Of a stretch of DNA of 64,000 nt, positions 24,935-36,429 are shown piece after piece. The notes below the pieces were generated by a model. The model made no database searches and was not told the DNA's origin. It was given only the letters and a program-made list of their open reading frames with translations. The stretch lies in NCBI GenBank assembly GCA_964016885.1, contig OZ024743.1, forward strand, positions 212,350,001 through 212,414,000. Reading direction: 5' to 3'. Origin of the DNA: Eledone cirrhosa. Lineage: Eukaryota. A program made the position numbers and the translations under genes. How positions within the stretch are numbered: the first letter of the stretch is position 1; each line of letters opens with the position of its first letter.

Positions 24935-25005
24935 TGGAGTTTTGACACTTAGTCTAGAACTTATTTCATATTTGTTATTTCCGTTTATTTGTTCATCATC
25001 TGAAC
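24935..25005 (-). CDS. STARD3: STARD3 linker exon (S-SDDEQINGNNKYEISSRLSVKTP)
   Basis: TATAG acceptor, GTAAG donor, 71 bp phase 1-0 fits both neighbours; acidic SDDE as in human SDNESDEE. Confidence 0.85.
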
Positions 25006-25079
25006 CTATATAGAAATATCAATAAATACACAACTAATAATATAGATGTATACAGAATTATAATATACATACAGACATG

Positions 25080-25118
<39 letters not shown>

Positions 25119-25137
25119 CTATCTATCTATCTATCTA

Positions 25138-25968
25138 TCATCATCATCATCATCGTTTAACGTCTATCTTCCACGCTAGCATGGGTTAGACAGGAGTTGT
25201 CCCACTTGAGGCAAGATTGGTCGGTTTTCTATGGCTGGATGCCCTCCCTAACATCAACCACATTTACAGTGTGGACTGGGAACTTTTTACCTTGTTATCT
25301 ACACAGCCACATTACAGCGTGGACTGTGTGTTTTTTTTGTTGTGACACCTACACGATCTCATTAGTTTGGACTGGATGTTGTGGTATTCACACACACACA
25401 CATATATATTATCATCATCATCATCATTTTACGCCGGCTTTTCCTTGCTTGCAAGAGTTGGACGGGTCCTATTCAGCACAGCATCTCTCCACTTGTCACG
25501 GTCCTTCGTCATCTCCTCGGTGAGTTTCAGCGATCTGAGGTCTGCTCTCACCACCTCCACCCATGTTTTTCGTGGTCTACCTCTACTGCGTCTTCCTTCT
25601 ACTGGGATTTCTTGGCACTTCTTGACCCAGCGATCATCCTCCATGTGCATCACATGTCCATACCATCTCAGTCTTCTCTCCTGCACACCACAACTTATCC
25701 CTCTTATACCCAGTTTCTTTCTCAACTGGTTTATGCTTGGTCATTCACGCATATTGACATTGCACATCCAACGGAGCATACTTGCTTCATTTCTCTCCAG
25801 TCATTGCATATCCTCTGCAGTTGCTGCCCATGTCTCACTACCATGCAGCATCACACATCTTACACAGGCATCATATAACCGTCCCTTCGTACGCAGGGAG
25901 AAACCCTTCTTTGTCAACAAAGGAAGCAGCTCCCTAAACTTCTTCCAACCCATCCTTATTCTAGATAC
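25138..25968 (-). mobile_element. Two RTE 3' fragments (subfamily C 3' UTR 25138-25390; subfamily A 25411-25968)
   Basis: Reverse-strand matches to 9300-9543 and 7515-8070; flanked by (TA)n and (CA)n. Confidence 0.9.
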
Positions 25969-26072
25969 TATATATATATATGTGTGTGTGTGTGTGAATC
26001 CCGGGTTCAATCGGGGGGGTAACTACAATAACTAAGGTACTCAATACATTAGTAGAGTATGTACAAAATTTA

Positions 26073-26192
26073 ATATAGAAATGGCTTCTACAGGACCAGA
26101 ACTGTTTCATTTGAAAGAAATCATCAGGAAAGCTTTCTTGATGATTTCCTTCGAATGAAATAGTTCTAGTCCTGTAGAAGCCATTTCTATAT
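26073..26192. repeat. 120 bp spacerless palindrome containing a truncated hammerhead-like core
   Basis: Arms centred on AAGCTT (26130-26135); minus arm reads CTGATGA-TTTCTTTCAAAT-GAAAC-AGTTCTG-GTC. Confidence 0.85.
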
Positions 26193-26295
26193 AAAGAGAT
26201 ATATATATATACATATATACACAAATATAGACATACATATGAGGGAGTCCAACATATTAATTTTGCTCGATGAAGGAATTAATACACATATATAT

Positions 26296-26670
26296 CTATC
26301 TATCTATCCAGGGCGGGTAAAATTCCCGAGATCCATGGACGAGTTCTCTCCAGCGGCCTCTGTCCCTCATTATCGCTGCCATGTCCTGCATCTCCAACAG
26401 ACCAGTGTCTGTCCTTAGGGCATCAACATACATTAACCTTGGTCTTCTTCTTCCAGTGTGTCCATGCAGGGGCTCCCACAGGAGCACTAGGTGCAGTGTC
26501 AACTCTGGATGTCAGTGAGCATGTCCAGCTAACCTCAGTCTCCTCTGTGTCACTTTTGAGCTGACTTTTTGGAGGCTCCCATACAGCTCTGAGTTTTTCA
26601 TCCTCAGTGTATACTGATTAATGTTCAGAGCCATCCTCAGCATTCTCGTGTAGCACCCATCCACCATAAT
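26296..26670 (-). mobile_element. 3' fragment of another RTE-like LINE family
   Basis: LVLLWEP..G..RRRPRLMYVD.L..DTG..MRDR..WR; related remnants at ~30700-30990 (-) and ~58530-58755 (+). Confidence 0.75.
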
Positions 26671-27014
26671 AATAAGTGCACTAGCAGCTCAAGTGTAAAA
26701 TTAAGTTATATCTGTATAAATACAGATATGATTAATAACTGCATTGTTTCTTTCCAGAGACTATGTTGAAAAATAAACCTCATTTGGTCATTCCACGAGA
26801 ATATCTGGGCTGGCCTATGAACTTTTCAGCTGACCCTCTTATATTGGTGTGAACAGACAAGGAGCCATCAATCCAAGAAATGAGAGACAGATGGAACCCA
26901 TAGGAAAGCAGTTTAGCTAGGAGACTGTAAATAAAATTCCTGACAACAAATATTTTAATCAGACTGATAATGCACACTTAAGTTTTTTAATTTCTAAATC
27001 ATTAAAGAACTTAC

Positions 27015-27116
27015 TTGCTGGACTGTCTATAGGAGAATGAAATTCATCAGCAGTAGAAATTGCATCCGGATTCTCAACATTATTACCTCGCAGCAAAGGA
27101 GTTCTTTCAGATGCTG
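27015..27116 (-). CDS. STARD3: STARD3 exon with FFAT-like motif (T-ASERTPLLRGNNVENPDAISTADEFHSPIDSPA-S)
   Basis: GTAAG donor; CAGCAG acceptor (start 27116 or 27113); ERTPLL and EFHSP correspond to human RGPLL and QFYSPPES. Confidence 0.88.
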
Positions 27117-28129
27117 CTGGAATAAGATTTCCCGAAGAAAAAATAAAACAAAAGGAATATTAAAATTCAGTAAATAAGAGACAAAAAATGTCCAAACTGT
27201 AAAGGTGTCACAACAAAAAGCACACAGTCCACACTGTGCAGTGGTTATTTTGGTGCCACGATAAAAGGCATCCAGTACACACTGTAAATGTGGTTGGTGT
27301 TAGGAAGGGCATCCAGTCATAGAAACTAATCCAGAATCAGTTTTGTATGAGCAAGACACAGTCATCTGACCTGGCTTGTCTCACAAATGGTCAACTCATC
27401 TAATTCTTGCAAGCATGGAAAAATGGACGTTAAACAATGATGATGATGATAATGCCTAACCATTATTTATAATACACAAACAAGCAACAGAACCTGACTG
27501 TATATACATAATATGATGTAAATCAATCTTCGTTTTTTTAGCCTGGATGTACATTCTGTATGAATGTAGACATTAAAGCATATTGCAAATGGAGACTGGG
27601 TTGTTTAGTATCATTAGACATCACCAAAACACTGTTACACTTCATCGAAACAAAACCACACAACTACCGTATATATTTGAATATAAGTCAAGGAATATAT
27701 GGCCCCCTAAAAATTGATGGTAAAATGGGGTTGGGCTTATATACGCCATCTAAATAATGTGTTGATTAGCTACCTTGACTTATAAATGGGGTTTGGATTT
27801 TTGCCTATTTCGCAGATATAAAATAGGCGTCAGCTTATATTCGAGTAAACATCTTTTCAACAGAAGCCAATTCACTTCTTTCACATAGGCATAAATGATT
27901 TTTATCATAAGTCACCTCCATCAGAGAAGACCTGCAGATAAGTAAACAACAACACACAATGTGAATTAGTGCAAGATTGTCTGTGTGATGAGCCAATCAG
28001 CTAAATATGTCAGTCAAATCTTCCTTGACAAATTTTGTAACACTATTAACTCTTAATGTCATGTACTGCATCAAACCACATTGAAAGACATTCTTAAAAA
28101 GTACAAAACAGCTCTATGGCTGTGTCACA

Positions 28130-28741
28130 TCTGTTTATATATAAAATTAAGTATGTGTGTGTGTGTCTGTGTATTACCTATAGGAGCCTACATCTTACGA
28201 CCGATTTTCATGAAACTTTACAGGCTCATAGATTAGTCATTGGGGAGTGTTTTCTATATATTAGCGTATCGTTTTTTTATTCCGGGGCCATTCTGCAGAT
28301 AAAAATAGATAGGGGGGTCACCTTTTTTTAGGTATCGAAAAATAAGATTTTTGGCTCTAGCTCCCACATTTTGCCATCAATTTCGTTCAAATTTTAAAGC
28401 AAAATAGAATTTATCATTGCACATCCTGTAATGGCTTTATATTTTGCATTTGTTGTTCAGGGACAGCGTAGCAGCCGCTTAAATATTCGAAAATACCACC
28501 TTTTCGGCTCTAGCTCCCACATTTTTCAACCGATTTTGTTCAAATTCGAAACTCCCTCTCCCAGCATGCCCCTTCGTCAGTCACCCACGTCTCTCAGTGA
28601 TAGAGGTCATCACCACCCTCCCCCACATGGCCTGTGTGTGGCCATAGATGAGTCATCGAGAAGCAGTCGCTAGGATCAACACCTTTTCATCAAAGCAGAT
28701 ATTATTTTACCTACCCAGGCAACGCTGCGTACTGCTGCTAG
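28130..28741 (+). mobile_element. Non-autonomous Helitron
   Basis: A|TC 5' end followed by TATATAAAA and (TG)n; 3' degenerate hairpin ACCCAGGCAACGCTGCGT then CTAG|T; internal repeat GGCTCTAGCTCCCACATTTT. Confidence 0.75.
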
Positions 28742-29323
28742 TTAAAAATAAAAGTATTTACTCTAATACTGTAAATGATTACAACAATATGTCCACTAGT
28801 AAAGATACTATAAACATAATAATTAACAAAACTATTTCTAGATGGCATAAGCACTAGGGAGATTGTTGTGCGTTTGGAATAACTGAAGAGTCCTCTCAAC
28901 CCTATGTTTGGCAGGTATTTCTATGGTTGGATGCGCTTATTAACAATAACCATTTTACAGAGTGTACTGGATGCATTTTTTGCGGAATAAGCACTGTGAA
29001 AGTTGTTGTGCCCTTAGCACAGGCGAAGGGTCTTTTCAACTGTTTGTTTGGCAAATTTTCTACAGCTGGATGCCCTTCCTAATGTCAACAACTAAATATG
29101 TTTACAATAGTAGTCATTCAATAAAAAGCTGTGTTACAGATTCATAGGAAGCCAATGAGCAAGTCTCAACAAATAGATATAGCAGCCAAATCTCTATGCC
29201 ACCACACTGTGCCATCATAAAGAGAAGGACACATTAAATAATGTAATCCTATTTCAGAAAAGTAAAAAAGTGATAGGATAGTCATGTTTGAATTAGGGCC
29301 ACCTTGGGACTAAGGAACAACAG

Positions 29324-29355
<32 letters not shown>

Positions 29356-29420
29356 CAACAATAACAACAACAACAAAAAATCCCAAAATAACAGAAAACT
29401 GAAATTTGAAATATACTTAC

Positions 29421-29541
29421 TAAGTAAATATCTTTCCTCTTGTGGCAGAACTTTGAAATCAAGGAACCATGTTTCAATCCAACAGATAACAAAGGAAACC
29501 AAAAGTAAAGCATAACAAAGGGACTTTGGTTTGTCTACATA
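29421..29541 (-). CDS. STARD3: STARD3 MENTAL exon (YVDKPKSLCYALLLVSFVICWIETWFLDFKVLPQEERYLL)
   Basis: Diagnostic ETWFLDFKVLPQE; CCAG acceptor, GTAAG donor, 121 bp. Confidence 0.97.
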
Positions 29542-30487
29542 CTGGTAATAGAGAGAGAGAGAGAATCAACGAAGGTGAAATTAAATGAATATTAACGAAA
29601 GAGTGACCAGTGAATACTGGCATCAGTTATAACATATATAATACTGCCAATTAAATATGACTGGCCAAGCTCACACTAAACTGTCAATGACCACGTCCAG
29701 CCGATGTTTTCTGCTTTGCTATATAGGCAAATGTGCATCTCCAGCAAAATTGTATATAGACTATAGTCTATTTCAGGCCAGTATATTCCAAGTGAATGTA
29801 TAGGTTCCTATGGTGGGATGCTCTTCCTGATACCAATCACTCTACAGCATGTATCGGGAGCATTTTATCATGACTCTGCAGTACCACCTTACAGAGTGGA
29901 CTGGATGCTTTTCATTATAGCACTAGCACGACCACTTTACATGGTTGACTGGGTGCATTTTGTTGTGGCACTGGCACCAGACAGAATACTTTGTGGTATT
30001 CATTTTGGTTGATTGTGCTCTGAGTTCAAATCTTATCTAGGTAAATTTCACCTTTCACCTGTTCAAGGTTAATCAATAAAGTACCAGTCAAGTACTGGGG
30101 TTGATCATTCATCTATTCCTCTCTCACTCACTTCTTTCTGGAAGAAATCAGCTGTGTTCAGACTTCGAGAGGGCTGGGCTGAGCCAAGTTTAAATATGGC
30201 ATCATATTTCACAACAGTAGTAGCCCTACAACACCGTAAAGAGTTCAGGGCCCTTGGATGGATGGATCAGGATAGATCATACAATTTGGTTATCATTCTC
30301 AGAGTGAAACCCTTTGATGCTGACATAAGTAATAGTTCCTTAAACTTTTACCATGCTGTTCTCACTCTAACTGCAATGCTTTTTGTACATCCACCTCCTC
30401 AAGCTAATTAGGTCAGCTAAGTATCAAAAGCTATCAACTACTTTAAGTATCAACCCAATAAATCTAGTATTTCAATGTTATACTTAC

Positions 30488-30541
30488 GTCAAATAGCTGA
30501 CATTTTGCAATAAGAAATACACACGTCAGAAAAGTTGTAAC
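30488..30541 (-). CDS. STARD3: STARD3 MENTAL exon (VTTFLTCVFLIAKCQLFD)
   Basis: CTCAG acceptor, GTAAG donor, 54 bp; human VTTLVSSAFLIVKV. Confidence 0.92.
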
Positions 30542-31197
30542 CTGAGAAAAAGTAAATATAAGAAAAATTATTGTTTTATAAATGTTATAAGTGACATAGT
30601 GGCTAGGATGTAACTATGAATTGTAATGATATGGATAGCAAGCTGTAGCCGAATAGACTGATATCGAGTATAACTGTATGCTCCACTATCTTCTACTTCT
30701 TCAGTCATCCCTCCATTGAAAGTGAAGCATACACAAAGTTCTTGTTCCAGACTTCCCGATTTCTCATCACAGCAAGAAGATCCCATGCAGTGAGGCCAGT
30801 GTCCCTCACCAACAGAGTTATGATCGTTATGTTTGGACGCCTTACTTGATGCTTTGCATCTAGTGACCAGAGAAGCAGTTTCACTGCAGGTCCATCATGG
30901 CAGAAAACATGACCAGCAAGACCCAAGCAACAGGATCAAACTTTCAATGAATACGGTGTAACTCTGTGGAATAATGTGATATGGACTAATATCTAACAGT
31001 TAATTGTTGTTCCCACTGGAATATGTAGCATTAGATATAAGGTGTAACTGTGAACTGTGATATCATTAGATATAAGGTTTTGAGTTGAAAAGATGTATCG
31101 TATATACCTATTTTATGTATAAGAAATGAGCTAATCAACACATTGTATAGATGAGGTATATAAGTCCCCCACTGTTTTACCATCAATTTACCAACAT

Positions 31198-31546
31198 GGA
31201 GGCACATGGCTTAGTGGTTAGAGCATTGGCCTTGCAATCGAAAGGTTGTGAGTTCAATTCTAAGACCGGATGATGTGTTGTTTCCTTGAGCAAGACACTT
31301 TATTTCACATTGCGCCAGTTTACTCAGCTGTAGAAATGAGATGATAGGGACTGGGGTCCCTATCATTCCACTGTAAAGGGTCGTGGAGGTGCCACGGCAA
31401 AAAAGCACCCAGCACTCACTGTAAATGAGGTTGGTGTTAGGAAGGGCATCCAGCTGTAGAAATCAAGCCAGAATCAGTTCCCGTCCCACCCTTGCAAGCA
31501 GGGAAAAAGGGGACGTAAAATGAAATAATGAAATGATGATGATGAT
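31198..31546 (+). mobile_element. Full-length tRNA-head CORE-like SINE with RTE-derived 3' tail (family S2), nested in a Tigger-type MITE
   Basis: A box TGGCTTAGTGG, B box GAGTTCAATTC, CORE-like CCTTGAGCAAGACACTTTA, then RTE-B 3' UTR module, RTE-A terminus and (GAT)n. Confidence 0.85.
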
Positions 31547-31827
31547 TCCTTGGCTTATATTCGAGTATACACAGTAATTGTTAGTCTTGTTTATATTTAC
31601 TAGAAAGATTTTTTTTCTACCTGGATAAATCCAACATCAAAAGCTGACATAACTGCTAATGCAGTCTAGTCACTTATTTTCACCCCCTAACAAATATGTT
31701 ATTTTGCATTCTATTAACATGAGTGCCCAATACCATATGCCTGTAGAATTTGTTCAGTAAACTTTGACCTCTACAAAAAGGCCAGCATAAATAAAAAGAA
31801 AAGAAATAAAAAAAAAGGTGAACTTAC

Positions 31828-31905
31828 AGCAACCATCCACCAGTGTCGGATGCGGAATAATGCGTAAGCTAAAATCAGCAGCACAAACCGTACAGCAGCA
31901 GACAT
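31828..31905 (-). CDS. STARD3: STARD3 MENTAL exon (MSAAVRFVLLILAYALFRIRHWWMVA)
   Basis: AAG acceptor, GTAAG donor, 78 bp; human RFSGLLLGYAVLRLRHWWVIA. Confidence 0.95.
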
Positions 31906-32577
31906 CTTGAGTTGGGAAGGAAAGAGAGAGTTAATGATTAACAAAATTCTGTGTGTGTGTGTGCGCGCGTGTGTGGATGTGCATGTGCACATGTATTTAA
32001 GCAAGCATATGTACATGTCTATGTATGTGAATGCATGCAAATATTCTGAACTATACAAAATCATGTTCTACTTTGCCTCATAGGCAGATATAAATAAAAA
32101 AGAAAAATATCTGTTTAGCATCAATCTCAATATATGACATGTAACACAACCTGGAACCTAACAAAAAAGTAAATTTTAAAGCTATGAAGAACGCAAAGAA
32201 CCCATGAAAGGACCATGTTAAACTTCACATGGCGAGATCAAATGACTGCTAAATGGATCTGAGAAAAAAACAAAAGTTTGTGACATCCTAGAAATTATTA
32301 GCAAAGCAAAATGGAAGTGGGTGGGACATATTGCCAGAATGATTGACAAGCATCACCTTCCGGATCCCACAAGGTCACACAAGAAACTGAAGCCACCGGA
32401 TGACCAGGTGGTGAGATGACCTTGAGAAAATTGAAAAATTTTGGCTACGAATAGCTCAGGATCAGCAAAGATAGTGAAGCTCAGAGAAGGCCTATGTCCA
32501 ACAACAGACTTGGCATGGCTGAAGATGAGATGGATACAACACAATATCTGTCCTTACCTGAAGGTTATGAATCAAGA

Positions 32578-33181
32578 TCTATATATATAAAGTTGTAGTT
32601 CCTGTTTGTTTGTTTGTTCACGAACTCCTCCTATGGTTTTGGAGATAGACCCCCATAACCATAAATATTCTGAAACTACATTGCCCAGGGTACTTGGATA
32701 AGTATATTTCATTTTAATCATAGGGTTCCCCAGGGGCACAAACACCCCCACAGAAAATTTTTTTCCTTCGATTTAAACTGAAATTTAAACTATAGGTAAA
32801 TGACAAGATATGATGCCTATCCACAAAATTTCAGCAAATTTCAATAATATTAAGACACCCTAATGTGGGTTAAACCCCCTAAAGTGAAACTTTTGGAAGC
32901 CCAAATAAAATAATGCTTTACACAAAAATGAAATGATCAAGTTTTGAATTGATATTTAAAAAAAAATTATTTACAAGAAACAAAATAAGAGTAAGATTTA
33001 ATAATATAATTTTGATTTGATATATTACAAAAAATAATGTTTTCCAATTTTTCATGCATTACATTTTACATTGAGTAATATTGAAATGCAGAGTTTTTCT
33101 CCATAAATTATATCACTGATTTATTATTTTCTTACAAAAAAAAATGTGTGAAACGCAGCAAGCCGCGGGTAATTCGGCTAG
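32578..33181 (+). mobile_element. Non-autonomous Helitron
   Basis: A|TCTATATATATAAA..(TGTT)n 5' end; hairpin CGCAGC-AA-GCCGCG shortly before CTAG|T; no TSD. Confidence 0.8.
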
Positions 33182-33321
33182 TATTATATACATGTAGTTA
33201 AGTTTTGTTGAATATGTCATCAGTTATCTCAGGTTTAGGATTTCGTAATTTTAATATGCACTGATTTTTCAAGACCGTCAGATAGAGAAAGAAAAAATTA
33301 AGTCAAAATAGAGGTACTTAC

Positions 33322-33408
33322 TACTATATCAAACATGGAGCAATGAATATCATAGTGTATAACCTCACTATTATAAGAATACCAAGAATTATCATCATCA
33401 CTTAACAT
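33322..33408 (-). CDS. STARD3: STARD3 MENTAL exon (MLSDDDNSWYSYNSEVIHYDIHCSMFDIV)
   Basis: TTTTAG acceptor, GTAAG donor, 87 bp; human EIIQYNFKTSFFDIF. Confidence 0.92.
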
Positions 33409-33452
33409 CTAAAAATAAAAAAAAGAAATGAAAACATGCATATATATATATA

Positions 33453-35570
33453 TCATTCATCATTCATCATTTCATTTTACGTCCGCTTTTTCCCTGCTTG
33501 CAAGGGTGGGACGAGAACTGATTCTGGCTTGATTTCTACAGCTGGATGCCCTTCCTAACACCAACCTCATTTACAGTGAGTGCTGGGTGCTTTCTCTAAT
33601 TAGTTACACTAATATTCTCTCTGCCATTTTCATAACCTGATCCATCAGCTTTATACCCTTATAATTGCTCCTCTCCAGAGCATCCCCTTTACCTTTGTAG
33701 CAATTTATGAGAATACTGCTGTACCAGGCTTTGGGTATGACACCGCCATATGTAGCTTGATTGATGATGCGTGCAATCAGTTTAGTGCCTACTTCTGATG
33801 CCTTCAGCATCTCAGCAACTATCCCCGACGGTCCAGCAGCCTTACCATTTTTCATTTCCTTAATTGCCTCTTGGACCCTATATTCATCAATCTCAATAGC
33901 TGGTCCCTCTGTCGGGTCTACTGGGGGTAATTTCTCTCTTTCCCATTCGTTCTCCACATTCATCAGTCTCTCATAATGACATTTCCAGGCCTCCTTTTTC
34001 TGATTATTCGTGACACTAAGTACACCAGCATCATTCCGGACACACTTATTTCCAACAACATCCTGATTTACACTGACACACTGCCTTGCAATGCGGAACA
34101 CCGCACATCTCTGATCTTCTTGTCGCAGAACATTGGAAAACCTCCTACTCTCAGCCTCCCTGCATGCTAAATACACCTGAAAGTCAGGCTTCTCTCTTAG
34201 TGGCTGTGTATCCTTCTCTACTCCTACCATTTTCCAGAGCGTTCCATGCTAGTCTTTTGTCTCTAATGGCCCTATCTACCGTGCTGTTCCACCAACAGGT
34301 CACTCTCTGTCTGGAATTTCTTACGTGACAACTTACTGCAGAGCTCCAGCCACAAGTTCCTTCAGTAGCCTGCAGTAAATTGTCACGTAAGAAATTCCAG
34401 TTATCATCTATGTCATACGACTCTAAATCGTCTTCTTTTTCGTCATACACATCTTGAAAGGCTTTCCTAAATTTATATTTTAGTGAAAGGTCTTTTAGCT
34501 TCCAGACCTTTCTTTGCCACACCTTCCTGTATGTCTCATTCTGTCTCTTGCTTACTGAGATGTCACTAACGACTCACCTATGCTGTGGGGTACATTCTTC
34601 CCCGGGGTATGCCTTAGTATTTGACATGATCTGTCTGTCTCGCTGCCTAACTAGCAAGAAGTCAATCTGGCTTATGTGCTTGCCTGATTTGTAGGTTATT
34701 AGGTGGTTGGTAGATTTCTTGAAGTTAGTGTTGCAAATGGTTAGTGCATTTGCATCACAAAATTCAAGAAGCCTCACTCCTTCATTTTTTGAGCAATAAC
34801 CGTGCCCACCATGTACCCCAGTGTATCCATCCTGGAGCTGTCCAACATGACCATTGAAGTCCCCTGCTAGCATAACGATGTCTCTGTCCTCTGTCATTGT
34901 GGCTCTTTCTAAGAGTTGCTTGTAAAAGCAGTCTTTCTCTTCTTTACCTAGGCCTGTCTGGGGAGCATAGGCAGAGATGATTGTCAACAGTCTCTTGCCT
35001 ACAACTAATCTAAGCTTAATCATTCTATTACTAACTCTAACTACCTCTATTGTCTTATCGATCCATCTCTCAGCCAGTAAAATGCCTACCCCACCTAACC
35101 CATCATCATTACCCACCCAGAAAAGCTTATAACTAAGACGTTTGGCTGTGATTAGTCTTGCAGAGGCACCTCTCCATCTCACCTCTTGCACGCAGCACAC
35201 ATCCACATGCCTTCTCTCCAGTATCTCCACTATCTCACCAGATCTACCTGTTAGAGTGCCAACATTAAGTGTGGCAACTCTGAGATGTGACGTCTTCATA
35301 TTCTTGTTCCTGTTGTGATTGCTTGATGACGGTCGGATGGGGGGGGTTCTCGCACATGGCCTCACCAGCCACCCCACTACCGTGCGCAGCCTTAACATGA
35401 TTAGTGTTATTGCTGTTTACGCAGTGCATGAGTGTTTAGCGTACAGCGCCAGGCATGCATACCAGAAGGTGATAGATATAGGGAGGGTGGGTGGGTGGGA
35501 TGAAAATGGTGATTCCAAGCCTCTGTTATTTAAAAACACGGCTATTCTCTATGATCAATTTCCCGTTACG
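33453..35570 (-). mobile_element. 5' half of RTE-A LINE (5' UTR, APE endonuclease, start of RT) fused to a SINE S2-type 3' end
   Basis: APE motifs TLNV, VQEVRW, SAYAPQ, GDFNGHVG, QIDF; RT breaks at LIRE (~33595) and continues into AAAGCACCCAGC...GGACGTAAAATGA. 5' boundary approximate. Confidence 0.9.
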
Positions 35571-35766
35571 AATATATGCATGTACACAACACACATATAT
35601 ATATTAACAGCTATATAAATACAAACAGACATTAGTACATATATCTATAAATAAATAAACATCGAAAGAAGGAAATTGACAATTTTTCAACTTATCTTCT
35701 CAGCTTTTCCTCCTTAAAACTTCTTGGAATGTGTTTACCATCATTCCTTTGGTATATAACAATTAT

Positions 35767-35835
35767 GCAATATACACCTGATGATGTCACCAGGTTCATA
35801 AGTAACCTGGCCACTGAAATATGCATAGTGTTTGC
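35767..35835 (+). ncRNA. Minimal type I hammerhead ribozyme motif (Penelope pLTR-like)
   Basis: ACAC-CTGATGA (35778-35784); stem II CCAGGTT/AACCTGG; GAAA (35816-35819)-TATGCA-TA^GTGT; AATAAA just downstream. Confidence 0.6.
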
Positions 35836-35897
35836 AGAAATAAAAATTTGAAGGAATTCAGCCTGTCCGGCCTCCTGTCATTTTACTGTATACTATA

Positions 35898-35974
<77 letters not shown>

Positions 35975-36281
35975 ATTCCAAGCATATTACCATTGCACTT
36001 AGTGCCATGACAGAAAGCAGCCAGTCCACACTGTAAAGTGGTCATATTGGTGCCATGATAAAAGGCACCCAGTCCACACAGCAAATGTGGTTGGCACTAG
36101 GAAAAGCATCTAGCCATAGAAACCAAACCAGAAACAGTTCTGTATGACCAAGACATGGTCATCTGATTTGACCTATGCTAGCATGGAAAACTGGATGTTA
36201 GATGGTGATGATGATGATGCCATACAATCAGAAAGCAGCTTCAAAATAATGTAGTTTTACAAAAATAAAATACAATCATAC

Positions 36282-36429
36282 CTGAGTGTATATTATCCAG
36301 ATGACGACAGTAAATATGATGTCAAATGTTGACACCAAACAGAATGTACGCCTGACAGGGGACATTTTACCATCAGGTCTCACAGCTCCAACTTCAGCTT
36401 CGATACTGGTGGTTGCAAAATTAGACATA
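36282..36429 (-). CDS. STARD3: STARD3 exon, start of MENTAL (G-MSNFATTSIEAEVGAVRPDGKMSPVRRTFCLVSTFDIIFTVVIWIIYTQ)
   Basis: TTCTAG acceptor, CAG|GTATG donor; diagnostic SxVRRTFCLxxTFD..WII. Confidence 0.96.

Noticed and set aside
31200-31270. tRNA-like sequence
   Set aside because: A/B boxes belong to a SINE head; no intact cloverleaf, and it continues into CORE-like and LINE-derived parts.
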